Source of the DNA: Candidatus Micrarchaeota archaeon
GTDB lineage: Archaea > Micrarchaeota > Micrarchaeia > Micrarchaeales > CABMGC01
DNA length: 60,822 nt
Reading direction: 5' to 3'
NCBI GenBank assembly: GCA_028866835.1
Contig: JAGWHJ010000004.1
Span: forward strand, 1 to 60,822
The position numbers were made by a program, and so were the translations under genes. Positions 49,061 through 58,588 of the stretch are shown here, piece after piece (position 1 is the first letter of the stretch; the number at the start of each line of letters is the position of its first letter). The notes below the pieces were generated by a model, which saw only the letters and a list, made by a program, of their open reading frames with translations, did no database searches and had not been told where the DNA came from.

Positions 49061-51475
49061 ATGAACCTAGACGCGGCTATAGGCAAGGTCCTGCCTGACA
49101 GGCGGGTCTTTATCGCATTAATACTAATTACCATACTAGTATCAATATACTTCAGGATAGGGCTACTGCAGTATCCGGGCTTCTTCGAGCCTGACGTATT
49201 CTTCTATTACGCATATGTAAGGGCCATACTGAACAGCAACCTCATCGAGCCCGCGGTCCTCAACATCTCGGGCTTCCCTGCGCACAACGGCATGGGAGAG
49301 GCTCCGGGGCTTCCTTACACGGTGGTTGCGCCCTACCTCGTGCTCAAGTACCTTGGCATAAGCTACTACGACATAATGAGGAACATAGCAGTCGTCTTCG
49401 CCCTTCTCGACATGCTCGGCACTTACTTCCTTGCCAGGTATCTCTCGAACAGCAGATGGCTCGGGCTGATGTCGGCGCTGTTCGTCGCCCTTTCAAACGG
49501 CAACACGGCAAGGACCAGCGCCACAGTATTCAGGGGCGACACGTTCATAACGATAGTGATCATCGCTGCGCTCGTACTTATGCTCAGGGCGCTCTCCGAC
49601 GAGAACACGAGGAAGCAGGTGCTTTTCTCTCTCGCCTCGGGCTTCGCCCTCAGCATCGGCATCGTGTTCTGGAACGGCGCTCCTTTCGTGACGGCAGTAT
49701 ACTTCGTGGCGGTCTTCGTCCTCCTGGCATACTCGTTCGTCGCGGACCAGGAGAGGCTCCTTCGCAAGACGATCATAGCGGCGGTGTGCGGGCTGCTCTT
49801 CTCTGCGATGCTGCAGGATATTTACGTCGGGATTGGGATTGCGAGACCCGGCCTCCAGCTCACGGGCACAGGATTTTTCCTCATCTTCATCCCATTGATC
49901 GCAGCGGCAGTTGCGGCGTTCTACATACTTAAGATGAGGCATCGCATACCTTATGTCCGAATGCCCCTCGGCAGGCTCGGCATCGCGGCTGTCGCGGCGC
50001 TGCTCGTCTTCGCCGTCATATACCTTTCAGATTACGGCTTCATCAGCGGCCTGAACGCAGCCGTCACTGGAACGAACGCAATAGGGATCACGACGCAGGA
50101 GCTCCAGAGGCCCGACCTCACCTTCCTGTACTACAGCTCTGGGCTGCAGCTCTACCTCTTCCCTATAGGGGTGATGCTCTTCATACTCCTGTCCCACGAG
50201 CTCGGGAATGAGCATCATGCGAGGATAGGGCGCATCAGGATAGGCGCAAGCGCAGGTTTCCTCGTCATACTGTCATACCTTATAGTGACCGGATACCTCC
50301 AGTACAGCGCGATAAGGTACAACTCGATCGTTTCCATACCGATAGCGATATTTGCCGCGTACGCAGTGTACGCAGCAGCACGCCTGTGCCTGAGGTTCGC
50401 GAAGGTAAACAACCTTATCTTCATCCTGGTTCTGACGGCGCTGGTCATCGGCGCCTACGCTTACGGCATAGCCACCTTCCAGTACCCGGACATGATAGGC
50501 AACACGGCCGCATTCCTCATAGCCGCGGGATGGCTCTCGGTCGCGATGATGGTGCTGACCATCCTGTACTTCGCATACGCCATACTGCTGAAGAGCCTTG
50601 ACATGCGGATCTTCTTCATCTCCCTGTTCATAGTGTTCTTCCTTTACTCATCGGAGATAAGCTGGCTCAACGCCTACACGAGCACTCAGGCGAACGGGAT
50701 GAACCCGCTCTTCTACAGCGCGATGGCGTGGTTCGGCCAGAACTCTGCCCCGAACTCCACGGTGCTTTCGGTATGGACGGACGGGAGCGTCGTCGAAGGC
50801 ATAGCGAACAGGACAAGCTACGTCGACAGCGTCGGCGGGGAGAACGGCGCAAAGATACTCGGCGAATCGAGGTTCCTGTTCAGCACGAACAACGATACGC
50901 AGTACCTGTATTCCATAGGCAAGCCCGATTACATAATCTCGAGGAGCTACTGGTACGAGGAGCTCGGGGGCCTTGCCACCGAGGGCAACATAACCAACAG
51001 GACCTACTACTTCCTCCTCATGACTGCGGTGAACGAGACCGGGAACAGCACGGCGCAGCTGTACTTCTTCCATTCGGCCACGGAGCCGTACTCGGCCCTC
51101 CTGGAGGTGCAGCCGCAGGCGAACGGCACCGACAAGTTCGCCGCCTTCATAGGCACAGTCAGCAGCTCGCGCCTCTACGAGATAAGGCAGGTGGTGTTCT
51201 ACAACGTGCTGAACTACAGCTACGCGATAGTGAACTCCAGCAACCCCAACGTCTACAACAACACGCTCATGGTGTCCTATGCAATCAATCCGCAGACGGG
51301 AAGCAGGGTCATAACAGGAGGCGTGATACTCGGCCAGGGACTCGCGGAGAGCAACATCTTCAAGCTCACTTACCTGTGCAATGAGCAGCACTGCGCATTC
51401 GGAGACAGGAACGTGACCGCGCACGTGGTCTACCTGAACAATGACACAAGAATAGTGCACCTTACATACGTCTAG
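49061..51475 (+). CDS. aglB: Oligosaccharyltransferase AglB/STT3, paralogue 2
   Basis: EPDVFFY, RGD, TTQE and VWTDG; clear homology to 15490-17913. Confidence 0.85.
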   Translation: MNLDAAIGKVLPDRRVFIALILITILVSIYFRIGLLQYPGFFEPDVFFYYAYVRAILNSNLIEPAVLNISGFPAHNGMGEAPGLPYTVVAPYLVLKYLGISYYDIMRNIAVVFALLDMLGTYFLARYLSNSRWLGLMSALFVALSNGNTARTSATVFRGDTFITIVIIAALVLMLRALSDENTRKQVLFSLASGFALSIGIVFWNGAPFVTAVYFVAVFVLLAYSFVADQERLLRKTIIAAVCGLLFSAMLQDIYVGIGIARPGLQLTGTGFFLIFIPLIAAAVAAFYILKMRHRIPYVRMPLGRLGIAAVAALLVFAVIYLSDYGFISGLNAAVTGTNAIGITTQELQRPDLTFLYYSSGLQLYLFPIGVMLFILLSHELGNEHHARIGRIRIGASAGFLVILSYLIVTGYLQYSAIRYNSIVSIPIAIFAAYAVYAAARLCLRFAKVNNLIFILVLTALVIGAYAYGIATFQYPDMIGNTAAFLIAAGWLSVAMMVLTILYFAYAILLKSLDMRIFFISLFIVFFLYSSEISWLNAYTSTQANGMNPLFYSAMAWFGQNSAPNSTVLSVWTDGSVVEGIANRTSYVDSVGGENGAKILGESRFLFSTNNDTQYLYSIGKPDYIISRSYWYEELGGLATEGNITNRTYYFLLMTAVNETGNSTAQLYFFHSATEPYSALLEVQPQANGTDKFAAFIGTVSSSRLYEIRQVVFYNVLNYSYAIVNSSNPNVYNNTLMVSYAINPQTGSRVITGGVILGQGLAESNIFKLTYLCNEQHCAFGDRNVTAHVVYLNNDTRIVHLTYV

Positions 51476-51478
51476 GCG

Positions 51479-51787
51479 CTATCTGTCTACGCTGTAGATC
51501 TGCACGAAGCTCACGCCGCGCACCTTCCTCACCTCGCCGGCCTTGACGAGCCCCTTCTGCACCAGGATTTTGACGGACTTGTTTCCCACCGCATTAAGCG
51601 AGAAGATGCTGCTGCCGAGCTGCCTCGCCGCATCCTCCTCGCTGACAAGGCTGCCCTTGTAGAACGAGGCGTAGTTCTTCAGGTCTATCTCCAGCTTCCC
51701 CTGCTTGAGGACCTTGCCTATGAGCTCCTCGTCGCACATGGCCACGATCTCGCCCTTCTCAGTGTCATGCCTGTTTAGGTAGATCAT
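51479..51787 (-). CDS. DUF424-family protein
   Basis: IVAMCDEELIGK..FYKG..NAVG. Confidence 0.85.
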   Translation of the reverse strand: MIYLNRHDTEKGEIVAMCDEELIGKVLKQGKLEIDLKNYASFYKGSLVSEEDAARQLGSSIFSLNAVGNKSVKILVQKGLVKAGEVRKVRGVSFVQIYSVDR

Positions 51788-51793
51788 CGACAT

Positions 51794-53353
51794 CTAGCCG
51801 TATTTGTAGAAGAAGAAGAATGCAGAGATGTAGAGCACGCCGTACCAGAGCAGCCACAGCGCGCCGAAGATGTTGTTGACAAGCAGGGCGACAAGGCTCA
51901 GGGCAAGCAGCGCTCCCGAGAAGATGACCTCGTGCGTCGACTTCCTGAATGCGCTGGCTGCCTTCTTTGTGCTGTTCTCACCAGTGTCGGCTGTCCATGC
52001 AAGGAACGGCATGTGGTTGAGCGCGGCAGCTATCGCGGCCTTGAATCTCACGAAGGAGAGCGCGAAATTGAGAAGGAAGACCATGACGCCCTTCGTAACT
52101 GACTTGAAGTGTATCTTTGTCATTACTATGGGCGTGCATATGGAGAGCACGAACGTGGACACGCCGAAGACCTCGATCCAGAAGTTCAGGCTGCTCGCCT
52201 CGACCAACTGCGCTATAGAGAGGCGAGATATGGCGAACGACGAGAACACTATTAGGACGGAAACGAGGGTGAACATTATCAATACAGTTGATATGTAATT
52301 CAGGCCCAGGCCGTGTACGACGTAGTCTACCTTTGACTTGCCAGGCATCGAGAGGTTCTTCTTCCTCAGGAAGTAGAAAAGGAACTGCGTGTCGCCGTAG
52401 TTGTAGCGCCACTGCTGCTTCGCCAGCTCGGTGAAAGTGGTCATCGGCTTCCCGAGTGCGTACACCTTCGGGATGTACAGGCCCTTGTACTTGTGTATGT
52501 CTGATTCGAGGCTGAAGAAGGTGTCCTCTATTATGTACTCGGGGAAGCCGCCTATGTTTCGAAGCGCGCTCCTCCTTATTATGCCGCACGAGCCCGCGAA
52601 GACCGCGGTGTTGTTCATTGCCCTCGAAGGCTGTATGAACTTGAAGAAGTACGCGTCGAACAGGTCGACAGTATCCGAGAAGAGATTGCCCTTGAAGTAC
52701 CTCTTCTCGGTCTGCACGAACGAGACGCTCGGATCCTGGAAGTAGGGCAGGAGATCCATGAGGAAGTTCCTGTTAGTTATGTACTCGTCGTAGTCGAAGA
52801 TCGCTATGAACTCCTCCTTGCAGTGCCTCAGCATGTTGTTGAGGGCGCCGGCCTTGTATCCCTCCCTGTCCTTCCTGTGTATGTACCTTATCCTGTGGCT
52901 CTCGCTGAAGGCCTTGAGCCTTCTCCTTGTCGCTGCGTCGGTCGAATCGTCAAGAAGGTAGAACGTTATGCGGCCCTTCGCGTAGTTGAGCTCCTGGAGT
53001 CTTGAGAGATTCTTCTCTACAATCACGGGGTTTTCATTGTAGACGGGCATCGCGACTGCAACGGTAGGATAGTTCTCAAGCGGCCTTGTAGAATCGTCTA
53101 TACTCTTGAGGTACCTGTAGTACAGCGATGACCTGTAGTATGCGTACGATGTGAAGATGTTGAAGAAGCCGGAGATCGAGGTGAGTATGAGGAATAGGAC
53201 GGCTATGAGGTACGTATAGATGTCATGCGTCCCGTATACGAGCAGGTATAGCGAGAAGGCGAAGGCCGCCGCAGTAACTATGATGTACAGTACGACAACG
53301 AGGAACTTCAGCACTGGGCTGGAAGCCAGGTCGTTCTTCATGCTCTCGCTCAC
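51794..53353 (-). CDS. GT2 cellulose-synthase-like glycosyltransferase
   Basis: PVYNE, DDS, KAGALN, FDYD, IED and QQWRY (QxxRW-like), with flanking TMs. Confidence 0.88.
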   Translation of the reverse strand: MSESMKNDLASSPVLKFLVVVLYIIVTAAAFAFSLYLLVYGTHDIYTYLIAVLFLILTSISGFFNIFTSYAYYRSSLYYRYLKSIDDSTRPLENYPTVAVAMPVYNENPVIVEKNLSRLQELNYAKGRITFYLLDDSTDAATRRRLKAFSESHRIRYIHRKDREGYKAGALNNMLRHCKEEFIAIFDYDEYITNRNFLMDLLPYFQDPSVSFVQTEKRYFKGNLFSDTVDLFDAYFFKFIQPSRAMNNTAVFAGSCGIIRRSALRNIGGFPEYIIEDTFFSLESDIHKYKGLYIPKVYALGKPMTTFTELAKQQWRYNYGDTQFLFYFLRKKNLSMPGKSKVDYVVHGLGLNYISTVLIMFTLVSVLIVFSSFAISRLSIAQLVEASSLNFWIEVFGVSTFVLSICTPIVMTKIHFKSVTKGVMVFLLNFALSFVRFKAAIAAALNHMPFLAWTADTGENSTKKAASAFRKSTHEVIFSGALLALSLVALLVNNIFGALWLLWYGVLYISAFFFFYKYG

Positions 53354-53406
53354 ATACCTATTGCAGATGAAATCTTAATAAGGTATCCTGGGTAATGTAT
53401 TGCTGT

Positions 53407-53530
53407 GCCGGGATGGCAGAACCAGGTATAGCGCCAGATAGCATTGGCGAGACTCGAGATCTGGTGTCCTTCGGGACTTTTGGGTTCAAATAAACTTCCA
53501 GCAGAAGTTTTGGAAATCCCAATCCCGGCG
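53407..53530 (+). tRNA. tRNA-Ser(CGA) with two non-canonical introns (53438-53451 and 53491-53516)
   Basis: Acceptor GCCGGGA/TCCCGGC-G, anticodon arm CCAGA-CT-CGA-GA-TCTGG, long variable arm, T arm TTGGG-TTCAAAT-CCCAA after removing two BHB-bounded introns. Confidence 0.92.
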
Positions 53531-53643
53531 CATTTATAGCCCTTGACCCCTCCACTGTAGCTAGCGTACTAGACGCGAGACAGCACCAAACCTCGCCAGT
53601 TAATAATATATATCACGGGCGTGAGGGTATTTTTGGTACATGC

Positions 53644-54555
53644 ATGGCCTTAGCGTATAAGCGTCAAAAAACAATCTTTTCGCAGGGGCTGACACAGGAA
53701 CAGCGTGATCTGTTCATGGAGTATGAGGATCTTGCGCGAACGGTCGCGAGGCAGACCCTGCCCGGCAATAGAAACGGAACAGTCTGGCAGGGTGACGTAG
53801 AATCTGCGGCGCTTGTAGCGCTGGCGGAGTGCGTGCTCACTTATGACAGCAGCTTTGGCATGCCATTTAAGGACTTTGCACATTTCAAGTTAAGAAGCGC
53901 TGCTGTAGACGAGGTCAGGCACATTTTCGGGAAGAAGAGCAGGGAGACAGGAGTTGCAGCGCAAGATGGGTATGGTGCGCCTTGGGAGCACGAGGCGAAC
54001 GTCTTCCCATTTCAATACCATCAGAAACCGAGGCTTATCGCATCCGACATAGCTCCAGAAGCGGAGGGGAAGGCCATGGGTGAGGAAGGGTATTCGCATG
54101 TAGAAGGCTATGATTCCGCCTTGAGCATGCTCTCAATGATAGTAGACCCCAGGGTGCGGGAGGTCGCCGTAAAACATGTCTTGGGCGATATCCCTCTTAG
54201 AGAGGTTGGTGAGAGCATGGGCATCACAGAATCGAGGGCCTGCCAGCTCATGAGCATTGCAAGGAAGGATATGGAGGACGGGCTTGCACTGGAGGAGCAT
54301 GGCATACTTACTCAGTCGTCCATCGAGCTGCTCAGATCCCTTGTCGATGATATGCACTCTAATTGGAACCTGAGGGAGCTGGCCGAAAAACTGGGCACGT
54401 ATAAGGACCATGTCCTTGCTAATATAATGAGGCTTGCAAAGCATGGCTTTATTTCAGTAGATTACGATGGCGCAGGAAGGGTCATGGGGATAGAGCTAAG
54501 GGAGGATAGGGTAAAGCCGCTGCTCGAATCCGAGCAAGGGTCCGGCTCAGGATGA
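53644..54555 (+). CDS. Sigma-70 family (FliA/WhiG-like) protein fused to a C-terminal winged-helix domain
   Basis: Region 2: DVESAALVALAECVLTYDSSFGMPFKDFAHFKLRSAAVDEVR. Region 4: PRVREV...LREVGESMGITESRACQL. wHTH: NLRELAEKLG...IMRLAKHGFI. Confidence 0.82.
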   Translation: MALAYKRQKTIFSQGLTQEQRDLFMEYEDLARTVARQTLPGNRNGTVWQGDVESAALVALAECVLTYDSSFGMPFKDFAHFKLRSAAVDEVRHIFGKKSRETGVAAQDGYGAPWEHEANVFPFQYHQKPRLIASDIAPEAEGKAMGEEGYSHVEGYDSALSMLSMIVDPRVREVAVKHVLGDIPLREVGESMGITESRACQLMSIARKDMEDGLALEEHGILTQSSIELLRSLVDDMHSNWNLRELAEKLGTYKDHVLANIMRLAKHGFISVDYDGAGRVMGIELREDRVKPLLESEQGSGSG

Positions 54556-54615
54556 CTTGCATATGCCCGGCCTGGCTTGATTTGTGGCATCCGCCCCAAA
54601 TCAAGGCGCAGAGCT

Positions 54616-55872
54616 TCATTCGTTTGAGGCCGCCAATATCTGCTTGGCATCAAAATCCTGATTTTTCATTATCTCGTTCAGCAATACGGTCGCGTACGAG
54701 CCCGAAGGCACGGAGAAGCTTATCTTCAGCGACTTGGGCGAGACCGCATCGCACTTTATCCCAGTGACAGGGGAGAGGATGGGCCTGAGGCTGCCTGCCA
54801 TGCTGAGCTCGGGGATGCCCTTTATATTGAACTGCTCCTTGGAAATGCCTATCTTCTCCATCGCCTCACCGATGTAGCTGCTGATCATCCTGTCATCGGT
54901 CTTGTAGCCTACCAGCGCCTCCAGCGGGTACGTGCCGTCGGGCTCTGCCTTTGAGACGTCGGGGAAGCCGTAGAAGTTCATCCCGCAGCTTACAATTGAA
55001 TCGAAGTCGCGCCTCTTTATGCGCTTCTCTACGGCCATGTTGAATAGCAACGATTCCACGGAGTGTATGAACATTATCGCTATGCCCCTGGGCAGGGCCC
55101 TTACAGCATTCGTGTAGTTGTCGTATTCGGCGAGATGGTTTATCACGGTCCGCTCCACGCGGAGGTATCCGGGGAAGTATTCCTGCGCCTTCTTGAAATC
55201 CTGCTCCTCGGCGAGCCGCTTCCTCGCCTCTATCGCCTCCTTGTTCTCCTCGCCGTGCGTGTTCGTGAGGAGGTCCATGACGGCCTCCTTCGTCTCGCCG
55301 CGCATCAGCTTGACGCCTATGCTTGCGTTGTTCAGCCTTATGCCGAACCTCTGCCTGTCGAAGTAGTTCGGCATCATCCCGTCCAGTTCGGAGAGCACGT
55401 TAAGAGCAGCCTCCTTCGGATTCCTGTTGCTTATCTTCCTGATGGTGGCCTCGAAAGCGTTACCCACGTTGCTGCCGAGCTCCACTCCGTTGCCGCTCTG
55501 CCATGCGCCGTTTATGCTGAGGTCCTTGATCTTGAAAGATGAGAACTGCTCCGGCTTCGTGCCGAAGATGCTTGCCAGCTGCACCGACACGGACATGCGG
55601 TCCTTCGATCCCGCGTAGCCTATGGACTTCCTCCCCCTGGAGAGCCGCTTCGCCAGCGTCACCAAGGCATAGGAAGTGTCCCACCTGGTCTTCTGCAGCA
55701 CCATCACGGTGAACTTCCCGTCGGCGCTCTCCGTCTCTCCGAGCTCCTCGGGAGCGTACTTCCTGCCTGGCTCGAGCACCATGCCCTTTTCGGTTATCTC
55801 CTTTACAACAAAGTCCTCAGGGCTTTCCTTTATGACGCCTGAAATGCCCCTGGATTTGGAAAGAGTCAGCAT
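54616..55872 (-). CDS. truD: tRNA pseudouridine(13) synthase TruD
   Basis: PEDFVVKEI, GYAGSKDR, GNAF, PNYFDRQRFG and GSYATVLL. Confidence 0.95.
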   Translation of the reverse strand: MLTLSKSRGISGVIKESPEDFVVKEITEKGMVLEPGRKYAPEELGETESADGKFTVMVLQKTRWDTSYALVTLAKRLSRGRKSIGYAGSKDRMSVSVQLASIFGTKPEQFSSFKIKDLSINGAWQSGNGVELGSNVGNAFEATIRKISNRNPKEAALNVLSELDGMMPNYFDRQRFGIRLNNASIGVKLMRGETKEAVMDLLTNTHGEENKEAIEARKRLAEEQDFKKAQEYFPGYLRVERTVINHLAEYDNYTNAVRALPRGIAIMFIHSVESLLFNMAVEKRIKRRDFDSIVSCGMNFYGFPDVSKAEPDGTYPLEALVGYKTDDRMISSYIGEAMEKIGISKEQFNIKGIPELSMAGSLRPILSPVTGIKCDAVSPKSLKISFSVPSGSYATVLLNEIMKNQDFDAKQILAASNE

Positions 55873-55970
55873 AAATATCAGGTTGCCTACCTAGTCTTAA
55901 TAAACCTTGGTTACCAAGGTATTAATGTGCAAAGCGCAGAGACACATGCACACGGTTTATTCAACTTAGA

Positions 55971-56789
55971 GTGAGATGTTTGGAGGAGCAGGAGCCTCTG
56001 TTTGAGAAGGTTCTTCACAGGCTTGTGAAGAGGCATATATCGGGCACTACCATGAGCTCTGCTATAGAGAAGGCCAAGGAGCTCAACAGCAGGAACATGG
56101 CAGTAGCGATAACGTTCCTCAGCGGCGCGGTCACCGACAAGTCAAAGGCGCGATACATAACCACGACGTATCTGGAGCTGATAAGGCAGATCTCAAGACT
56201 CGGCATAAAGGCCAGCGTGCAGATACCACTTGAACAGCTCGGCATGAATGTTAGCAGGGATACCGCAATAAAGAACCTGCAGGAGATCGTCGCAGCAGGC
56301 AGCAAATACGGCGTCTTTGTGTGGGCAGAGATAGACGACACAAACATCGACATATCCCGAGGCATAGACGAGGGCAAGCGCGCCTTCGGAATCGCATTCC
56401 CATCTGATGATTACAAGAAGTACCTCAAGATGTACAAGCAGAGCAGGGCCGTGAAACTGATGTTCGGCGGAGGCGCGAAGAAGGAGAAGGGCTATTACAA
56501 GAGCCTTGTTAAGGAGGTCAGCAAGCGCGACACGATAAACAACTGCGTGCTCTCATCATTGCCGGAAAACGCGCTGTGGCCGATCGTCAACAATGGCATA
56601 CGGAAGGAGAAGAGCCTCGCCCTAGAGTTCGGCATGGGCTACAGCAGCAGGAAGCTCGCAAAGGCGATGAAGAAGGGGGCGAAGGTAAGCATGATGGTTC
56701 CTTTCGGGAAGGACTGGGTCAGGTATGCGACGACAAACGTGCCGGAGGGGTACATGCGCTTCCTGGCGGGAAGGCTTCTCAAGGAGTAG
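55971..56789 (+). CDS. Proline dehydrogenase-like protein (divergent)
   Basis: ISG....A N-motif, QLG, GVFVW and VPFGKDWVRY; several catalytic motifs eroded. Confidence 0.6.
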   Translation: MRCLEEQEPLFEKVLHRLVKRHISGTTMSSAIEKAKELNSRNMAVAITFLSGAVTDKSKARYITTTYLELIRQISRLGIKASVQIPLEQLGMNVSRDTAIKNLQEIVAAGSKYGVFVWAEIDDTNIDISRGIDEGKRAFGIAFPSDDYKKYLKMYKQSRAVKLMFGGGAKKEKGYYKSLVKEVSKRDTINNCVLSSLPENALWPIVNNGIRKEKSLALEFGMGYSSRKLAKAMKKGAKVSMMVPFGKDWVRYATTNVPEGYMRFLAGRLLKE

Positions 56790-56798
56790 GTTCGTTTT

Positions 56799-57782
56799 AT
56801 GCAAAAGCGTAGCACAAGGAGTGAGGGCGTTCCGAAGAAGGGCGGGGGCCGCGTAGTCCTCGTTACCGGGGGATCGGGCAGGCTCGGCAGGACGCTGATA
56901 AAGGAACTTCTGGGAAGGGGCTATTCCGTCAGGGCGCTGGTCCAGAGGAAGGAATCGCTCCTGTCCATGCCCGTAGGCATAGTCCCGTTCCTTGGCGACG
57001 TAGGGAACAGGAAGGTCCTTGCCGGAGCGTGCGATGGCGCTTACGCCGTCTTCCATCTCGCCGCCATAGTCAGCGAGTACAGGGAGATGATGCCGAAGCT
57101 CATGCACGTGAATGTCGAGGGCACTGCGAACGTTATAGATGCCGCGAGCATGAAGGGCGTCAGGAAATTCATATACACCAGCACGGTTGATGTTTACGGC
57201 CACGTAAGGAAGGACGTGCTGAAGGAGGACAGCGAGCTGAGGCCGGCAGACAAGTACGGATACAGCAAGATGATGGCGGAGAAGGAGATAGAGCGTTACA
57301 CGGACATGGACTATACAATTCTTAGGATGGCTGCCATGTACGGCCCGGGCTTTGAGAAGTCCTATCTCAAGGTCCTGCGCGCCATAAAGGACGGAAAGGC
57401 TTACATAATAGGCGACGGCGCAAACCATCTCGCGCTCGTCCACGTGGACGATGTAGTGAGGGCGCTCCTTCTCGCCCTCGAGAACAACGATGGCAAGCGG
57501 AGGACGTTCAACATCGGGGACGGAATTGCTTACACGCAGGAGCAGCTCTTCAGGATATCCTCTGAACTTATGGGGATAGAGGTGCCCAAGAGGCACATAA
57601 GCCCGCTTGTCGTAAGGCTCATCGCGAAGAAGCGGGGCCTTGACAGCGACGAGCTGAGGTTCCTTCTCAGCGATAGGGTCCTTGACGTTTCCAAGGCGAA
57701 GAAGGAGCTGGGCTTCGCCGCGAGGATGAAGCTGCGCGAGACAAGCGTGGACCTGATAAAACAGCTCAACAAGGTGGGATGA
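56799..57782 (+). CDS. NAD-dependent epimerase/dehydratase
   Basis: VTGGSGRLG, HLAA, YGYSK and VHVDDV. Confidence 0.92.
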   Translation: MQKRSTRSEGVPKKGGGRVVLVTGGSGRLGRTLIKELLGRGYSVRALVQRKESLLSMPVGIVPFLGDVGNRKVLAGACDGAYAVFHLAAIVSEYREMMPKLMHVNVEGTANVIDAASMKGVRKFIYTSTVDVYGHVRKDVLKEDSELRPADKYGYSKMMAEKEIERYTDMDYTILRMAAMYGPGFEKSYLKVLRAIKDGKAYIIGDGANHLALVHVDDVVRALLLALENNDGKRRTFNIGDGIAYTQEQLFRISSELMGIEVPKRHISPLVVRLIAKKRGLDSDELRFLLSDRVLDVSKAKKELGFAARMKLRETSVDLIKQLNKVG

Positions 57783-58573
57783 TGCAAAAACCCGGAAAGG
57801 TGGAGAGATACATATACGAAAGGCTTGAGCAGAAGGGAGCGCTGATGTTCATGCTCGTTGACCCCGTCGATTACAAGACGCCGGACATGGCCGTAAAGAC
57901 GGCGGCTGAAGCCCATGCGGGCGGCGCAGACCTCATACTTGTCGGCGGCAGCATCGGAGCGCAGGGCGAGCTCCTCGATTACGTCACGAAAGGGATAAAG
58001 GAGGCGATAGGCGCACCAGTCGTCCTGTTCCCGGGCAACATCGCAACGCTTACGAGGCATGCGGATGCCGTCTACTTCATGTCGCTGCTTAATGCAAGGA
58101 ACACCTACTGGATAACGAATGCGCAGATGCTCTCCGCGCCCCTGGTCAAGCAGATGAGGATAGAGCCGCTTCCCGTTGGCTACATAGTGGTCGCCCCGGG
58201 CGGCACGGTAGGCTGGGTCGGGGACGTTAACATGGTGCCGCGTGAGAAGAGCAAGATAGCCGCTTCCCTTGCTCTCGCAGGCGAGTTCCTCGGGAACAAG
58301 TTCATAATAACAGATGTGGGCTCCAATCCGCAGACCCAGGGCTACGGGCCCGTCCCTCACGAGATGGTGCGCGCGGTGAAGGATGCCATAACGGTGCCCT
58401 ACATAGTAGCAGGAGGCATACGGGACGTTGACATGCTAAGGACGACCATAAGGAGCGGCGCTGACATAGTGCAGATAGGCACCGCCATAGAGCAGTCAAG
58501 CGAGGCGAGAAAGCAGGCGGAGGCCTTTGCAAAGGTAATTAAGGAGGAAGGCGCAAAGAAATTGAAGAAGTGA
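57779..58573 (+). CDS. Geranylgeranylglyceryl phosphate synthase
   Basis: LVDP, LVGGS, LFPG, FMSLLN, GYIVV.PGG and GGIR. Confidence 0.92.
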   Translation: MMQKPGKVERYIYERLEQKGALMFMLVDPVDYKTPDMAVKTAAEAHAGGADLILVGGSIGAQGELLDYVTKGIKEAIGAPVVLFPGNIATLTRHADAVYFMSLLNARNTYWITNAQMLSAPLVKQMRIEPLPVGYIVVAPGGTVGWVGDVNMVPREKSKIAASLALAGEFLGNKFIITDVGSNPQTQGYGPVPHEMVRAVKDAITVPYIVAGGIRDVDMLRTTIRSGADIVQIGTAIEQSSEARKQAEAFAKVIKEEGAKKLKK

Positions 58574-58588
58574 ACGCGGGTCTTTCCC

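Noticed and set aside
50648-51460. 270-aa minus-strand ORF
   Set aside because: Antisense shadow of aglB caused by GC3 codon bias.
53358-53555. 65-aa ORF
   Set aside because: It is the reverse strand of the intron-containing tRNA-Ser.
56622-58360. 324-aa and 276-aa minus-strand ORFs
   Set aside because: Antisense to the epimerase and GGGPS genes, with no recognisable features.
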